DNA of 64,000 bases from an uncultured Actinomycetes bacterium (lineage in GTDB: Bacteria; Actinomycetota; Thermoleophilia; UBA2241): the NCBI GenBank assembly GCA_963725665.1, contig CAVRZA010000008.1, positions 64,001-128,000 of the forward strand, in the 5' to 3' direction. Under the pieces are notes generated by a model that ran no database searches, had not been told where the DNA came from, and saw only the letters and a program-made list of their open reading frames with translations. Within the stretch, counting starts at the first letter, position 1. Each line of letters begins with the position of its first letter. Of the stretch, positions 21,165 through 30,782 are shown piece after piece. A program made the position numbers and the translations under genes.

Positions 21165-24055
21165 ACGATATGGACGACAGTGACGAACGGCCTTTGAGGC
21201 CGGAGGACGACTCCGGCACGACGGCAGACCCCGGTGACGGGGCCGGAGATGGCGTGGCGGGAGAAGGCGGCGACGCCGTTTCTTCGCCGCGCCGTCGCCG
21301 GCGCGGCCGCCGCGGAGGGCGGCGTCACCGGCGCAAGGATGCCGGTGGCGAGGAGCAGGCGGCGGAGGCGGCGGGGGAGCCCAGAGCGGCTCCGACCGAA
21401 GCGGTCGAGCCGGAGCTCGCGCGCGAGGGCGTGGCGGCCGGCGTCGTCGAGCCGGCGAAGAAGCGGGGCGCGCGTCGCCGTCGCAGCCCGGCGGAGGCTC
21501 CGGCGCAGGCCGCCGAAGGGGTAGTGGGCGGCGAGGTGGCGGCGGCAGAAGAGCGCCCGGCTGCCGAGCCGGCGAAGCGACCGCGTGGTCGGCGACGGGC
21601 GAAAGCCGCCGGCCCTCCGAGAGAGGGATCCGGAGGCGAGGTTGCGGATGCGTCTGGAGAAGGGGGCGAGGCAGGCGTGCCGACCGCGGCCGAGGTCGCA
21701 CCTGCGGCTGAAGCGCCGCCTGGGGCAGCAGCGACGCTCGAGGCCGCAGCGACGCCCGACAGCGAGGCGCCGGCGCAGCACAAGAAGCGCTCGCGGCGGC
21801 GGCGTCCGACGAGCGCCGCGAGTCCAGCGGAAGCGCCGGCAGCGGCGTCCGAGGTGCCGGCGGCGGACACAGCCGAGCCCTCGCCAGCGGTCGTCGGACG
21901 CCGGGGGGAGGCGGCTGCCGAGGCGCTCGGCGTCGACGAGGCCTCCGGTCCGCGCGAGTCGGGCATGCCGAAGCGGCGCGGTCACCGCGGCGGTCGCGGC
22001 CGTCGCAAGACGCTCGCCGCGCCGGATGAAGGCCCGGCGGTCGAGCTGACGGAGCCGGTCGCCGCCGTCGAGGCGCCCAGAGCAGCGCCGGCCCCGCCCG
22101 AGACACTGGGCGCGGCGGCCGCCGAGGGGGGCGAGCCGGCTGCGCCGGCTCGCCGCAGCCGCGGCGGCCGCCGCCGGCGCAAGGTCGCCGGCGAGCATCC
22201 GTCGCCGGGTCACGGGACGGTCGAGCGAGGCTCCGAGCTCTCTGCCGACGCGCCGGTGGCCGAGGGGGTCACAGCGGCGCTTCAGGCGCGCGAGGAGGCC
22301 GGCGAGGAAGAGGAGCCCGCCCGCCGCGGCGGGCGGGGCCGGCGCCAGCTCCCCAGAGTGGGTGCGGTCGAGCCCGAGCTGCCCGAGCACAAGGAGATGC
22401 TCGTCACCGTCGAGGGCGACGAGCTGCGCGTAGCGCTCGTCGAGGACGGGCGTCTAGCCGAGATCTACATCGAGCGCCCCGGCAAGCGGTCGTACGCAGG
22501 CAACATCTACCATGGCAAGGTCGACAACGTCATCCCCGGGATGGACGCCGCCTTCGTCGAGATCGGCCTCGAAAAGAACGGCTTCCTCTACGTCGACGAG
22601 GTCGCGGTCGACGACGAGGAGAAGCGGCCCAAGCACATCACCGAGGTGCTCAAACCGCGCCAGGAGCTGCTCGTGCAGGTCATGAAAGACCCCATGGGCA
22701 GCAAGGGCGCCCGCCTCACCGGACAGCTGTCGCTGGCGGGGCGCTATCTCGTGTACGTGCCCGGAGGCAGCGGCGTGGGCGTCTCGCGACGCCTCGGGGC
22801 GGCCGAGCGCGACCGCCTGCGCGACCTCTGCAAGCAGCTGCGCCCCAAGAAGGCGGGGCTGATAGTGCGCACGGTCGCCGAGGGCAAGGGCCTCGATGAG
22901 CTGCACCGTGACCTCCAGTACCTCTCCCGTCTCTGGTCGCGCCTCAAGGCGCGCGCGGAGAAGATCCCCGCCCCGGGTCTGCTCTACGAAGAGGCCGACG
23001 TGTCGCTGCAGGTCGCCCGCGATCTCTTCAACGACACCTTCGAGGCGGTGATCGTCGACGACAAGAAACAGCGCGACAAGTTCGTCGCCTACCTGCAGAA
23101 GGAAGCGCCGGAGCTCGCCGACCGCGTGCGCCCCTACGAGGGTGAACAGCCCCTGTTCGACGCCTACGGGATCGAGGAGCAGATCGCCAAGGCCCTCGAA
23201 CGTCGCGTACGCCTGCCCAGCGGCGGCAACATCGTCATCGACCATACCGAGGCCTTCACTGTGATCGACGTGAACACCGGCCGCTACACGGCGGGCCGCA
23301 ACCTCGAGGAGACGATCACCAAGACGAACCTCGAGGCGGCGCGGGAGGTCGTGCGCCAGCTGCGTCTGCGCGACATCGGCGGCATCATCATCATCGACTT
23401 CATCGACATGGCCTACGCGCGCAACCGCGAGGCGGTGCTGGCGAAGCTACAGGCCGAGCTCGACACCGACCGCACGAAGACATACGTGGTCGAGATCTCG
23501 CCCCTGGGGCTCGTCGAGATGACGCGTCAGAACATTACCGACGGAGCGCGCGGCGTCCTGACCAAGGAGTGCCCCAGCTGCTCCGGCAGGGCGCGCATCT
23601 TCTCCGAGGACACGGCGGCACGTAACGCGGTGCGTGAGGTGCGCCGGCAGGCCAAGGCGTCGCCGCACCAGGCCTTCTTGTACGAGGTGAACCACCTCGT
23701 GGGCGAGCGCATAGCCGGCATGGGCTGGCTCAAGGCTCTCGAGAAGGAGACGGGCAAGCACATCTTCCTCGAGGGCTCGCAGGCCCTGCCGGTCGACACC
23801 CTGAAGCTCATCGTCGCGGGGACGCGCGAGGACGTCGAGCGGCAGCGCATCCCCGTGCGCGAGGGACAGGAGCTCGAGGTCGAGCTCGAGCACACGCTGA
23901 CCTACAGCCCGGGTGACGCCGTGGCGCACGTCGACGGGTACGAGATCACCGTGCTCGGAGGACGGCCCTCCCTGGGCAAGCGCAGGGCGGTGAAGGTGAC
24001 CTCGATGTCGCGCACCGGCGCCTTCGCGACGCTGATGGGGAAGGGCAGGCACTGA
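21161..24055 (+). CDS. rne: RNase E/G-family endoribonuclease with about 400-aa disordered N-terminus and TRAM-like C-terminus
   Basis: S1 domain (GNIYHGKV...AAFVEIG), DVNTG, LRLRDIGGIIIIDFID, CPSC Zn link. Confidence 0.93.
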   Translation: MNDMDDSDERPLRPEDDSGTTADPGDGAGDGVAGEGGDAVSSPRRRRRGRRGGRRHRRKDAGGEEQAAEAAGEPRAAPTEAVEPELAREGVAAGVVEPAKKRGARRRRSPAEAPAQAAEGVVGGEVAAAEERPAAEPAKRPRGRRRAKAAGPPREGSGGEVADASGEGGEAGVPTAAEVAPAAEAPPGAAATLEAAATPDSEAPAQHKKRSRRRRPTSAASPAEAPAAASEVPAADTAEPSPAVVGRRGEAAAEALGVDEASGPRESGMPKRRGHRGGRGRRKTLAAPDEGPAVELTEPVAAVEAPRAAPAPPETLGAAAAEGGEPAAPARRSRGGRRRRKVAGEHPSPGHGTVERGSELSADAPVAEGVTAALQAREEAGEEEEPARRGGRGRRQLPRVGAVEPELPEHKEMLVTVEGDELRVALVEDGRLAEIYIERPGKRSYAGNIYHGKVDNVIPGMDAAFVEIGLEKNGFLYVDEVAVDDEEKRPKHITEVLKPRQELLVQVMKDPMGSKGARLTGQLSLAGRYLVYVPGGSGVGVSRRLGAAERDRLRDLCKQLRPKKAGLIVRTVAEGKGLDELHRDLQYLSRLWSRLKARAEKIPAPGLLYEEADVSLQVARDLFNDTFEAVIVDDKKQRDKFVAYLQKEAPELADRVRPYEGEQPLFDAYGIEEQIAKALERRVRLPSGGNIVIDHTEAFTVIDVNTGRYTAGRNLEETITKTNLEAAREVVRQLRLRDIGGIIIIDFIDMAYARNREAVLAKLQAELDTDRTKTYVVEISPLGLVEMTRQNITDGARGVLTKECPSCSGRARIFSEDTAARNAVREVRRQAKASPHQAFLYEVNHLVGERIAGMGWLKALEKETGKHIFLEGSQALPVDTLKLIVAGTREDVERQRIPVREGQELEVELEHTLTYSPGDAVAHVDGYEITVLGGRPSLGKRRAVKVTSMSRTGAFATLMGKGRH

Positions 24056-24073
24056 CGGGCGGCTTCGCGCGCG

Positions 24074-24121
24074 GGCGCGACCGGCGCCGCGGGGAGCCGT
24101 CCCCGCGGCGCCGGTCGCGCC
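24074..24121 (+). terminator. 22-bp perfect GC-rich hairpin after rne (no U-tract)
   Basis: GGCGCGACCGGCGCCGCGGGGA-gccg-TCCCCGCGGCGCCGGTCGCGCC. Confidence 0.7.
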
Positions 24122-24130
24122 TGGCCTTCG

Positions 24131-24159
24131 TTGACACCCAAAGGGGCGTTGGCTATCAT
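24131..24159 (+). promoter_or_regulatory. Near-consensus sigma70/SigA promoter for rplU-rpmA-obgE
   Basis: TTGACA-17 bp-TATCAT. Confidence 0.88.
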
Positions 24160-24215
24160 CGGCGGTCGTTGCGTTGCGGGGAGTGAGCATGGCGAAGGCC
24201 GGCAAGGACGAGGTC

Positions 24216-24551
24216 GTGTACGCGATCGTGCGCGTGGGCGGCAAGCAGTACAAGGTCGCCGCAGGCGATGTGATCGAGGTCGACCGCGTGGGCACCGACG
24301 AGGGCAAGAGCATCACCCTGGAGCCGCTCGCGGTGCGCACCGCCGACGGCATCTTCGACGCCGCCCGGCTCAAGGGCGCCCGCGTCAAGGCCACCGTGCA
24401 GGAGCACTTCCTGGGCCCCAAGATCCGCGTGTTCACCTACAAGCCCAAGACGACCTACAAGAAGATGCGTGGCCATCGCTCTCGCCTCTCCCGTCTGGCG
24501 ATCGATGCGATCACGCTCAAGGAAGCCAAGGAGAAGGACGTTGGCGCATAA
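24216..24551 (+). CDS. rplU: 50S ribosomal protein L21
   Basis: [14 protein letters not shown]...GHR; GTG start. Confidence 0.97.
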   Translation: MYAIVRVGGKQYKVAAGDVIEVDRVGTDEGKSITLEPLAVRTADGIFDAARLKGARVKATVQEHFLGPKIRVFTYKPKTTYKKMRGHRSRLSRLAIDAITLKEAKEKDVGA

Positions 24552-24795
24552 GAAGGGCGGCGGCACCAGCCGCAACGGCCGCGACTCCGAATCGAAGAGG
24601 CTGGGCGTCAAGGCGTACGCCGGCCAGGTCGTGCCGGCGGGCTCCATCATCGTGCGCCAGCGCGGCACCAGGTTCCGTCCCGGCTCCGGCACCGGCATCG
24701 GCGTCGACCACACGATCTTCGCCATCGTCGGCGGCCGCATCGAGTTCACCAAGGGCGGCGCCGGGCGCGTCATCTCCGTCATCCCCGAGGGCTGA
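24541..24795 (+). CDS. rpmA: 50S ribosomal protein L27
   Basis: (M)[15 protein letters not shown]...IIVRQRGT; TTG start. Confidence 0.98.
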   Translation: MAHKKGGGTSRNGRDSESKRLGVKAYAGQVVPAGSIIVRQRGTRFRPGSGTGIGVDHTIFAIVGGRIEFTKGGAGRVISVIPEG

Positions 24796-24831
24796 CGCCC
24801 AAGCCCGGCTGATCGCCGGACCCACCGCTCC

Positions 24832-26097
24832 ATGCAGGACCACGCCAAGATCGATGTGCGTGGCGGCAACGGCGGTGCGGGGTCGGCCAGCTTCAGGCGC
24901 GAGAAGCACGTCCCCAAGGGCGGGCCCGATGGCGGCGACGGGGGCAAAGGCGGCGACGTCCACCTCCAGGCGACGCGTCAGATCCGTGATCTCTCTCCCT
25001 TCCGTCAGAAGGTGCACGTGCGCGCCGGCGACGGCGGCCACGGCCGGGGCGGCAACAAGCGTGGGCGCGACGGTGATGACGCCGTGGTCGAGGTGCCCGT
25101 GGGTACCGAGGTGCGCATCGACGGCGCATTGATCGCCGACCTCGTCGTCGAGGGGCAGCGTGCGCTCGTGGCGGCCGGCGGGGAGGGAGGCCGCGGCAAC
25201 ACCTGCTTCGTCTCCTCCACACGCCGCGCGCCGCGGTTCGCCGAGAAGGGTCTCCCGGGCGAGGAACGCTGGATCGAGCTCACGCTCAAGCTGCTCGCCG
25301 ACGTCGGCTTCGTCGGCCTGCCCAACGCGGGCAAGTCCTCTCTGCTCGCCGCGCTCACCCGGGCGCGGCCGAAGATAGCCCCGTACCCGTTCACCACGCT
25401 CGAGCCCAATCTCGGCACGGTGATCATCGACGAGCGCCAGATCGTGCTCGCCGACATCCCCGGCTTGGTCGAAGGCGCCAGCGCCGGCGTGGGTCTCGGG
25501 GACCGTTTTCTCGCGCACGTCGAGCGCACGGCGGTGCTCCTGTACGTCGTCGACGTGTCGCAGGGCGCCGACGCCGCCTGCGCCGCGGCTCGCACCGTGC
25601 GCGATGAACTGATGGCCTTCTCCCCGGCGCTCCTGACGCGCCCGGCGCTGTGCGCGCTCAACAAAGCCGACCTCGTGGGAGCCGGCGAGGCGAGCGCTGC
25701 GGTGGCGTCGCTGCAGAGTGTGGGTCTCGATTGGGCGGCGGCGCCGTCGGCGACCTCGGCCGTGACCGGCTCTGGCGTAGAGGAGCTGGTGGTGGCGCTG
25801 GGGCGGGCGCTGGCGGCGGTCGAGCCGCCGCCAGCGCCCGCCCCAGCGCCACCCGTCTTGCGCCCCGGAGAGGACCGTGTGAGCGCCTTCACCGTTGCGC
25901 GCGAGGAAGAGGGCTTCCGCATCGTCGGCGCGGCGCTCGAACGCCTGGTCGCCAAGACGGAGCTCTCCAACGACGAGGCGGTGCGCTACCTGCAGGAGGT
26001 CATGGAGAGAGCCGGGGTGAGCGAGGCGCTGCGTCGCGCAGGGGCTCAGCCGGGCAACGCCGTCGTCATCGGCGAGCACGAGTTCGAGTTTGCGTGA
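24832..26097 (+). CDS. obgE: GTPase ObgE/CgtA
   Basis: Gly-rich Obg domain, GLPNAGKSS, YPFTT, DIPG, NKAD, C-terminal OCT domain. Confidence 0.97.
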   Translation: MQDHAKIDVRGGNGGAGSASFRREKHVPKGGPDGGDGGKGGDVHLQATRQIRDLSPFRQKVHVRAGDGGHGRGGNKRGRDGDDAVVEVPVGTEVRIDGALIADLVVEGQRALVAAGGEGGRGNTCFVSSTRRAPRFAEKGLPGEERWIELTLKLLADVGFVGLPNAGKSSLLAALTRARPKIAPYPFTTLEPNLGTVIIDERQIVLADIPGLVEGASAGVGLGDRFLAHVERTAVLLYVVDVSQGADAACAAARTVRDELMAFSPALLTRPALCALNKADLVGAGEASAAVASLQSVGLDWAAAPSATSAVTGSGVEELVVALGRALAAVEPPPAPAPAPPVLRPGEDRVSAFTVAREEEGFRIVGAALERLVAKTELSNDEAVRYLQEVMERAGVSEALRRAGAQPGNAVVIGEHEFEFA

Positions 26098-26131
26098 GCG
26101 CGAATAGGGCAGAAGGAGCAGCGGGAGCGAC

Positions 26132-27235
26132 GTGAAGACGATCGTGGTCAAGTTCGGTTCGAGCACGGTGACGGGGCCGCGCGGACGGCTGCGGCGAGCC
26201 GTGATCGCCGCCCGCGCGGGCGAGATCGCCGATCTGCTCGCGGCCGGTCACCACGTCGTCGTCGTCTCGAGCGGGGCGATCGCCTGCGGCCAGGCGCTGC
26301 TGGAGATGGGCGAGCGCCCACGCGAGATGGCGGCGCTGCAGGCGGCCTCGGCCGTCGGCCAGGGCCGCCTTTTCGCCGCCTGGTCGCGGGCGCTCGCCCG
26401 CCAGGGGCGGATCGCCGCGCAAGTGCTCCTCACGAGTGCCGACATCGCCGAGCGGACGGCCTACGTGAACGCCCGCCACACACTGCGGCGGCTGCTGCGC
26501 TGGGGGGTCGTGCCCGTGGTGAACGAGAACGACACCACGGCCACCGACGAGATCCGTTTCGGCGACAACGACATCCTGGCGGCACAGGTCGCCATCATGC
26601 TGCGCGCCGATCTACTGCTGCTCCTCACCGACCGCGGCGGGCTCTATACGAGCGACCCTTCGCGCGACCCTCAGGCGCGCTTGATAGAGGAGCTGAGCGG
26701 CGGTGCGGGCATCACCCAGGCGGAGCTGCACGACCACAGTGGCGGAGCCGGGGGCATGCGCGGCAAGGTGGCCGCCGCTCTTATGGCGGCGGCGGCCGAC
26801 GTGCCCGTAGTGATCGCCGACGGCGCCGCTCCCGCGGTGATTGCGCGCGCCGCTGAGGGCGAGCCGGTCGGCACGAGCGTGCGCGCGCAGAGCGGCGGGG
26901 AGCCCGCCTTCAAGCTCTGGCTGCGCTACGCGAAGCCGGTACGCGGGGCGCTCGACATCGACGAGGGGGCCGCGCGCGCCCTGCGGGAGACGGGGGCAAG
27001 CCTCCTGCCGGTCGGTGTGCTGGACGTCCATGGTACCTTTAGCGCGGGAGACGCCGTGGTGCTGCGCGATCCCGCCGGTCGTGAGGTCGCACACGGCGTC
27101 GCCGCGATGAGCGCTCGCGAGGTGCGGCGCGTCACCGGCCTGCGCAGCGAGGAGGCTCGCAGGCTGCTGCCGCACGTGGGCGACGAAGTGGTGCACCGGG
27201 ACCGCCTGGTGCTCAGCGACGAGGAGGACGTGTGA
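26132..27235 (+). CDS. proB: Glutamate 5-kinase
   Basis: VVKFGSS, NENDT, FGDND, GGMRGK, PUA domain. Confidence 0.97.
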   Translation: MKTIVVKFGSSTVTGPRGRLRRAVIAARAGEIADLLAAGHHVVVVSSGAIACGQALLEMGERPREMAALQAASAVGQGRLFAAWSRALARQGRIAAQVLLTSADIAERTAYVNARHTLRRLLRWGVVPVVNENDTTATDEIRFGDNDILAAQVAIMLRADLLLLLTDRGGLYTSDPSRDPQARLIEELSGGAGITQAELHDHSGGAGGMRGKVAAALMAAAADVPVVIADGAAPAVIARAAEGEPVGTSVRAQSGGEPAFKLWLRYAKPVRGALDIDEGAARALRETGASLLPVGVLDVHGTFSAGDAVVLRDPAGREVAHGVAAMSAREVRRVTGLRSEEARRLLPHVGDEVVHRDRLVLSDEEDV

Positions 27236-28479
27236 CGGTCGAGGAGCTCTGCGCCGCCGCCAAACGCGCCTCTCGAGGCCTGGCGACTCTGCCGCGCGAG
27301 GGTAAGGACGAGGCCCTGCGCGAGGTCGCCGAGGCGCTCGAGCGGCGCGCCGACGAGATCCTGCGCGAGAACGCCGAGGATCTCAAGATGGCGCGCAGCG
27401 AGCATCTGCCCGAGGCGCTCGTCGATCGCCTTCTGCTCGACGAAGACCGCCTGCGTGACATCGTGACCTCGGTCCGCGCCGTGATGGCCCTCGACGACCC
27501 CGTGGGTCGGGTGACGCGGGGCTGGCGCTTGCGCAACGGTCTCGAGGTGCGCAAGCAGCGGGTGCCGTTCGGGGTCGTGGCCGTGGTCTACGAGGCGCGG
27601 CCGAACGTCACCGTCGACGCCGCCGTCCTGTGCCTGAAGACGGGCAACGCCGTGATACTGCGCGGCGGCCGCGCCGCCAAGCACTCGAACCGCATCCTGG
27701 CAGAGGTCGTGCAGGGCGCCGTCATCGAGGCGGGCCTGCCGGCGGCGGCCGTCTCGTACCTCGCTGCCGAACGTGACACACTGCTCGAGCTCGTCCGGCA
27801 GCGCGGCGCGGTCGACCTTGTGATCCCGCGCGGCGGGGAAGAGCTCAAGGAGTTCCTACTCGAGCACAGCCGCGTGCCGGTCATCTACGCCGCCGGCGGC
27901 AACTGCCACGTCTACGTCGACGCCACCGCGGACCTCGAGAAGGCACAGCGCATCGTGATCAACGCCAAGGTGCAGCGTCCGGGAGTCTGCAACTCGGCCG
28001 AGACCTTGCTCGTTCACCGCGAGGTGGCGGCGGAGTTCCTCCCCAAGGTGTTTGCCGAGCTCAAGGCGCGGGGCGTCGAACTCGTCGTCGACAAGGCGGC
28101 GGCTGAGGTCGTCGACGACGCGTCGCTCAAGCGCGCCAACCGGACGCACTACGAGACGGAGTTCCTGAGTCTCAAGCTGGCAGTTCGCGTGGTCGACTCC
28201 CTCGACGAGGCCGTCGAGCACATCGCCACCTACGGGACCGGGCACTCCGAGGCCATCGTCACCGAGGACCTCGAGGCGGCGCGGCGCTTCACCCAGCTCG
28301 TCGACGCGGCCTGCGTCTACGTCAACGCGTCGACGCGCTTCACCGACGGCGGTGAGTTCGAGCTCGGCGCCGAGATCGGCATCTCGACCCAGAAGCTGCA
28401 CGCGCGTGGGCCTCTCGCGCTCGAGGAGCTCACGTGCGAGAAGTACGTCGTCTGGGGCGAGGGCCAGGTCCGCACGTGA
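27232..28479 (+). CDS. proA: Gamma-glutamyl phosphate reductase
   Basis: YEARPNVT, IPRGG, CNSAE, NASTRFTDG, STQKLHARGP. Confidence 0.97.
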   Translation: MTVEELCAAAKRASRGLATLPREGKDEALREVAEALERRADEILRENAEDLKMARSEHLPEALVDRLLLDEDRLRDIVTSVRAVMALDDPVGRVTRGWRLRNGLEVRKQRVPFGVVAVVYEARPNVTVDAAVLCLKTGNAVILRGGRAAKHSNRILAEVVQGAVIEAGLPAAAVSYLAAERDTLLELVRQRGAVDLVIPRGGEELKEFLLEHSRVPVIYAAGGNCHVYVDATADLEKAQRIVINAKVQRPGVCNSAETLLVHREVAAEFLPKVFAELKARGVELVVDKAAAEVVDDASLKRANRTHYETEFLSLKLAVRVVDSLDEAVEHIATYGTGHSEAIVTEDLEAARRFTQLVDAACVYVNASTRFTDGGEFELGAEIGISTQKLHARGPLALEELTCEKYVVWGEGQVRT

Positions 28480-29093
28480 CGGCCGCCGCCGACGATCGCC
28501 CCGCCCTCGGCGTGCTCGGCGGCAGCTTCAACCCGCCCCACGTCGGTCATCTCGTCGTCGCCTCCGACGCGTGCGCCCAACTGGGCCTCGAGCGCGTGCT
28601 GTTCGTACCGGCGGCCGCGCCGCCGCACAAGCACATGGCCGACGGCGTGCCCGCCGACATACGCCTCGAGATGACGCGGCGCGCCGTCGCCGGCGACGCT
28701 CGCTTCGTCGTCTCGACGGTGGAGATCGACGAGCGCCTGCGCTACACGGTCGACACTGTGAAGGCGCTGCAGACGGCTCACCCCGGGCGGCGTCTCTACT
28801 TCATCATCGGGTCGGACTCACTGCTGCAGTTCGCGACCTGGCATCGACCGCAGAGCATTCTCGCCGCCTGTCGGCTGGCGGTGGCGTTCCGTCCTGGCGA
28901 CGACCGCGCGGCCGTCGCCGAGGCCCAGGCCGCGTGGGGAAGCGAACGCGTCGTGCTCCTCGACAACGTCGGCATCGACGTCTCCTCGAGCCTGCTGCGC
29001 GAGCGCGTGCGCCGGGGGGCGCCGATACGCTACCTCGTCCCACCGGCGGTCGACGAGATGATCGTGCGTCTGGGGCTGTACAAGGCGCCGTGA
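28476..29093 (+). CDS. nadD: Nicotinate-nucleotide adenylyltransferase
   Basis: GGSFNPPHVGH, PPHK, IIGSD, VSSS. Confidence 0.96.
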   Translation: MTAAADDRPALGVLGGSFNPPHVGHLVVASDACAQLGLERVLFVPAAAPPHKHMADGVPADIRLEMTRRAVAGDARFVVSTVEIDERLRYTVDTVKALQTAHPGRRLYFIIGSDSLLQFATWHRPQSILAACRLAVAFRPGDDRAAVAEAQAAWGSERVVLLDNVGIDVSSSLLRERVRRGAPIRYLVPPAVDEMIVRLGLYKAP

Positions 29094-29644
29094 CGCTGCG
29101 CGATGCCGAGGTGCTGATCGAGGGGCGGCTGCCGCCGCGACTGCTGGCCCATTCGCGGCGCGTCGCCGACACGGCCGCCGAGCTCGCCAAGGCCTGGGGC
29201 GCCGACCCAGAGGCGGCGCGTCTCGCCGGCCTCCTGCACGACTACTGTCGCGATCTCTCGTCGGAGGAGACCCTCGCTCAGGCGGAGGCGGCCGGGCTCG
29301 CGATCGGCCCTCTAGAGCGAGCCCGGCCGCGACAGCTCCTGCACGCGCCGCTCGCCGCTGCGCAGCTTGCGGAGCGCGGCTTGAGCGAGGCCTGCCTGCG
29401 CGCCATCGCCACGCACACGGTGGGGGGCGGCGGCATGGACCCCCTCCAGAAGTGCGTTTATCTTGCCGATGCTATCGAACCGGGACGTGACTACCCCGGC
29501 GTGGAGGAGCATCGTGGCCTGGCGGCGAACTCGCTCGACGATGCGTTGCGGTCGCTCGTGCGTCTGACGATCGTCGACCTCGTCGAGAGGCAGCGGCCGC
29601 TGCATCCCGCGACGGTGGCGCTATACAACGAGTTGCATGGCTAA
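29090..29644 (+). CDS. yqeK: HD-domain Ap4A hydrolase YqeK
   Basis: RLLAHS, LLHDY, LLHA, HT, YLADAIEPGR; follows nadD. Confidence 0.92.
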   Translation: MTLRDAEVLIEGRLPPRLLAHSRRVADTAAELAKAWGADPEAARLAGLLHDYCRDLSSEETLAQAEAAGLAIGPLERARPRQLLHAPLAAAQLAERGLSEACLRAIATHTVGGGGMDPLQKCVYLADAIEPGRDYPGVEEHRGLAANSLDDALRSLVRLTIVDLVERQRPLHPATVALYNELHG

Positions 29645-30782
29645 GCAAAGACACGGATATCGGGCCCAGCGGCTGGCGCGGCGTCGCTCCGAGCGGTCGC
29701 ACTCCTGGCAGAGCATCGCCCTGTACGTGCTCGCCGGCGTGGTGACGTTCGCGGCGGTAATGGGTTCGGTATACCTCGCCCGGCGTCTCACCGCCAAGCA
29801 TGTGCGCCCGACCGACGCGAGCTTCATCGCCCTGGTGCGCGTGGGCGCGGGGGAGAAGGGAACGAGTCCCTTGAGCGCCCTACTCCTCTACGACCAGCCC
29901 AAGCGGTCCTACTCGCTATTCACGATCCCTCGCTCGACGCTCCTCGTCGGCTTGCAGGACGAGTACCTCCTGGCCGGCGACATCACCGCGCAGCCGGAGT
30001 ACGCGGCGATCTTGGGCAAGCTCATCAACGCCCCGCTGCAGTACCGGCTCGACCTCTCCTACGAGGGGCTCCAGAAGCTCGCGGGGAGCAGCCGGCTCGG
30101 TGTCGAGCTGGCGCGCCCGGCCACCGTGCAGTTCAGCGGCGCCTGGCACAGCTACAAAGGCCGCTTCAGCCTGCCCGCGTCGATGCTGGCGGCGGCCCTG
30201 AGTGCGCCCGGCAAGACGGGGACAGAAGAGGCGGCCTTCGACATGGCTGTGCTGCGCGCCGTCCTCGAAGCGGCGGCCGTGAACAGGACGGGGGCGTCGA
30301 CCGCCGTCGAGGCCGTCGCCGCCGGCGACGGCACGAAGCCGGCCGACGCCCGCACCATCCTGCGCGCCGTGCTCGGCGGTCACGTCTGGGTCGGCATGCT
30401 CCCGGCCACCGGTCGCGTGTCGGAGGGGCAGTTCGTCTACCGGCCCGACAACGACCAGATCCTCGCCCAGATCACGCGTCGCGCGCCCGGCTACCGCTCG
30501 AAGTTCACGGTGCAGATCGAGAACGGATCGGGTCTCGCCGGCATCGGGCAGCTGGTCGCCAAGCGCCTGGCGATCCTCGACGTGAACCTGCCGCAGCCCA
30601 AGAACGCCGACTCGTTCGACTACCGGCGGACGCAGATCTACGCCGGCTCTGACGCCTTCACGGTCGCGGGCGACGTGCGTGCTATACTGCGCCGTGGCGC
30701 GGTGCTGCGCGGGGCCGATCTGCCCCCGAACGGCATCGTGGTGATTGTCGGCCAGGACATGAAACCAAGCGAGCTACGGTAG
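29637..30782 (+). CDS. LCP-like protein (degenerate LCP domain plus LytR_C domain)
   Basis: N-terminal TM, TIPRST, C-terminal VQIENGSG...NAD...T...IVVIVGQD. Confidence 0.8.
   Translation: MAKQRHGYRAQRLARRRSERSHSWQSIALYVLAGVVTFAAVMGSVYLARRLTAKHVRPTDASFIALVRVGAGEKGTSPLSALLLYDQPKRSYSLFTIPRSTLLVGLQDEYLLAGDITAQPEYAAILGKLINAPLQYRLDLSYEGLQKLAGSSRLGVELARPATVQFSGAWHSYKGRFSLPASMLAAALSAPGKTGTEEAAFDMAVLRAVLEAAAVNRTGASTAVEAVAAGDGTKPADARTILRAVLGGHVWVGMLPATGRVSEGQFVYRPDNDQILAQITRRAPGYRSKFTVQIENGSGLAGIGQLVAKRLAILDVNLPQPKNADSFDYRRTQIYAGSDAFTVAGDVRAILRRGAVLRGADLPPNGIVVIVGQDMKPSELR
30680..30688 (+). promoter_or_regulatory. Internal extended -10 (TGcTATACT), probably for rsfS
   Basis: Near-consensus motif formed by atypical codons GCT ATA within the LCP gene. 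Confidence 0.5.
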
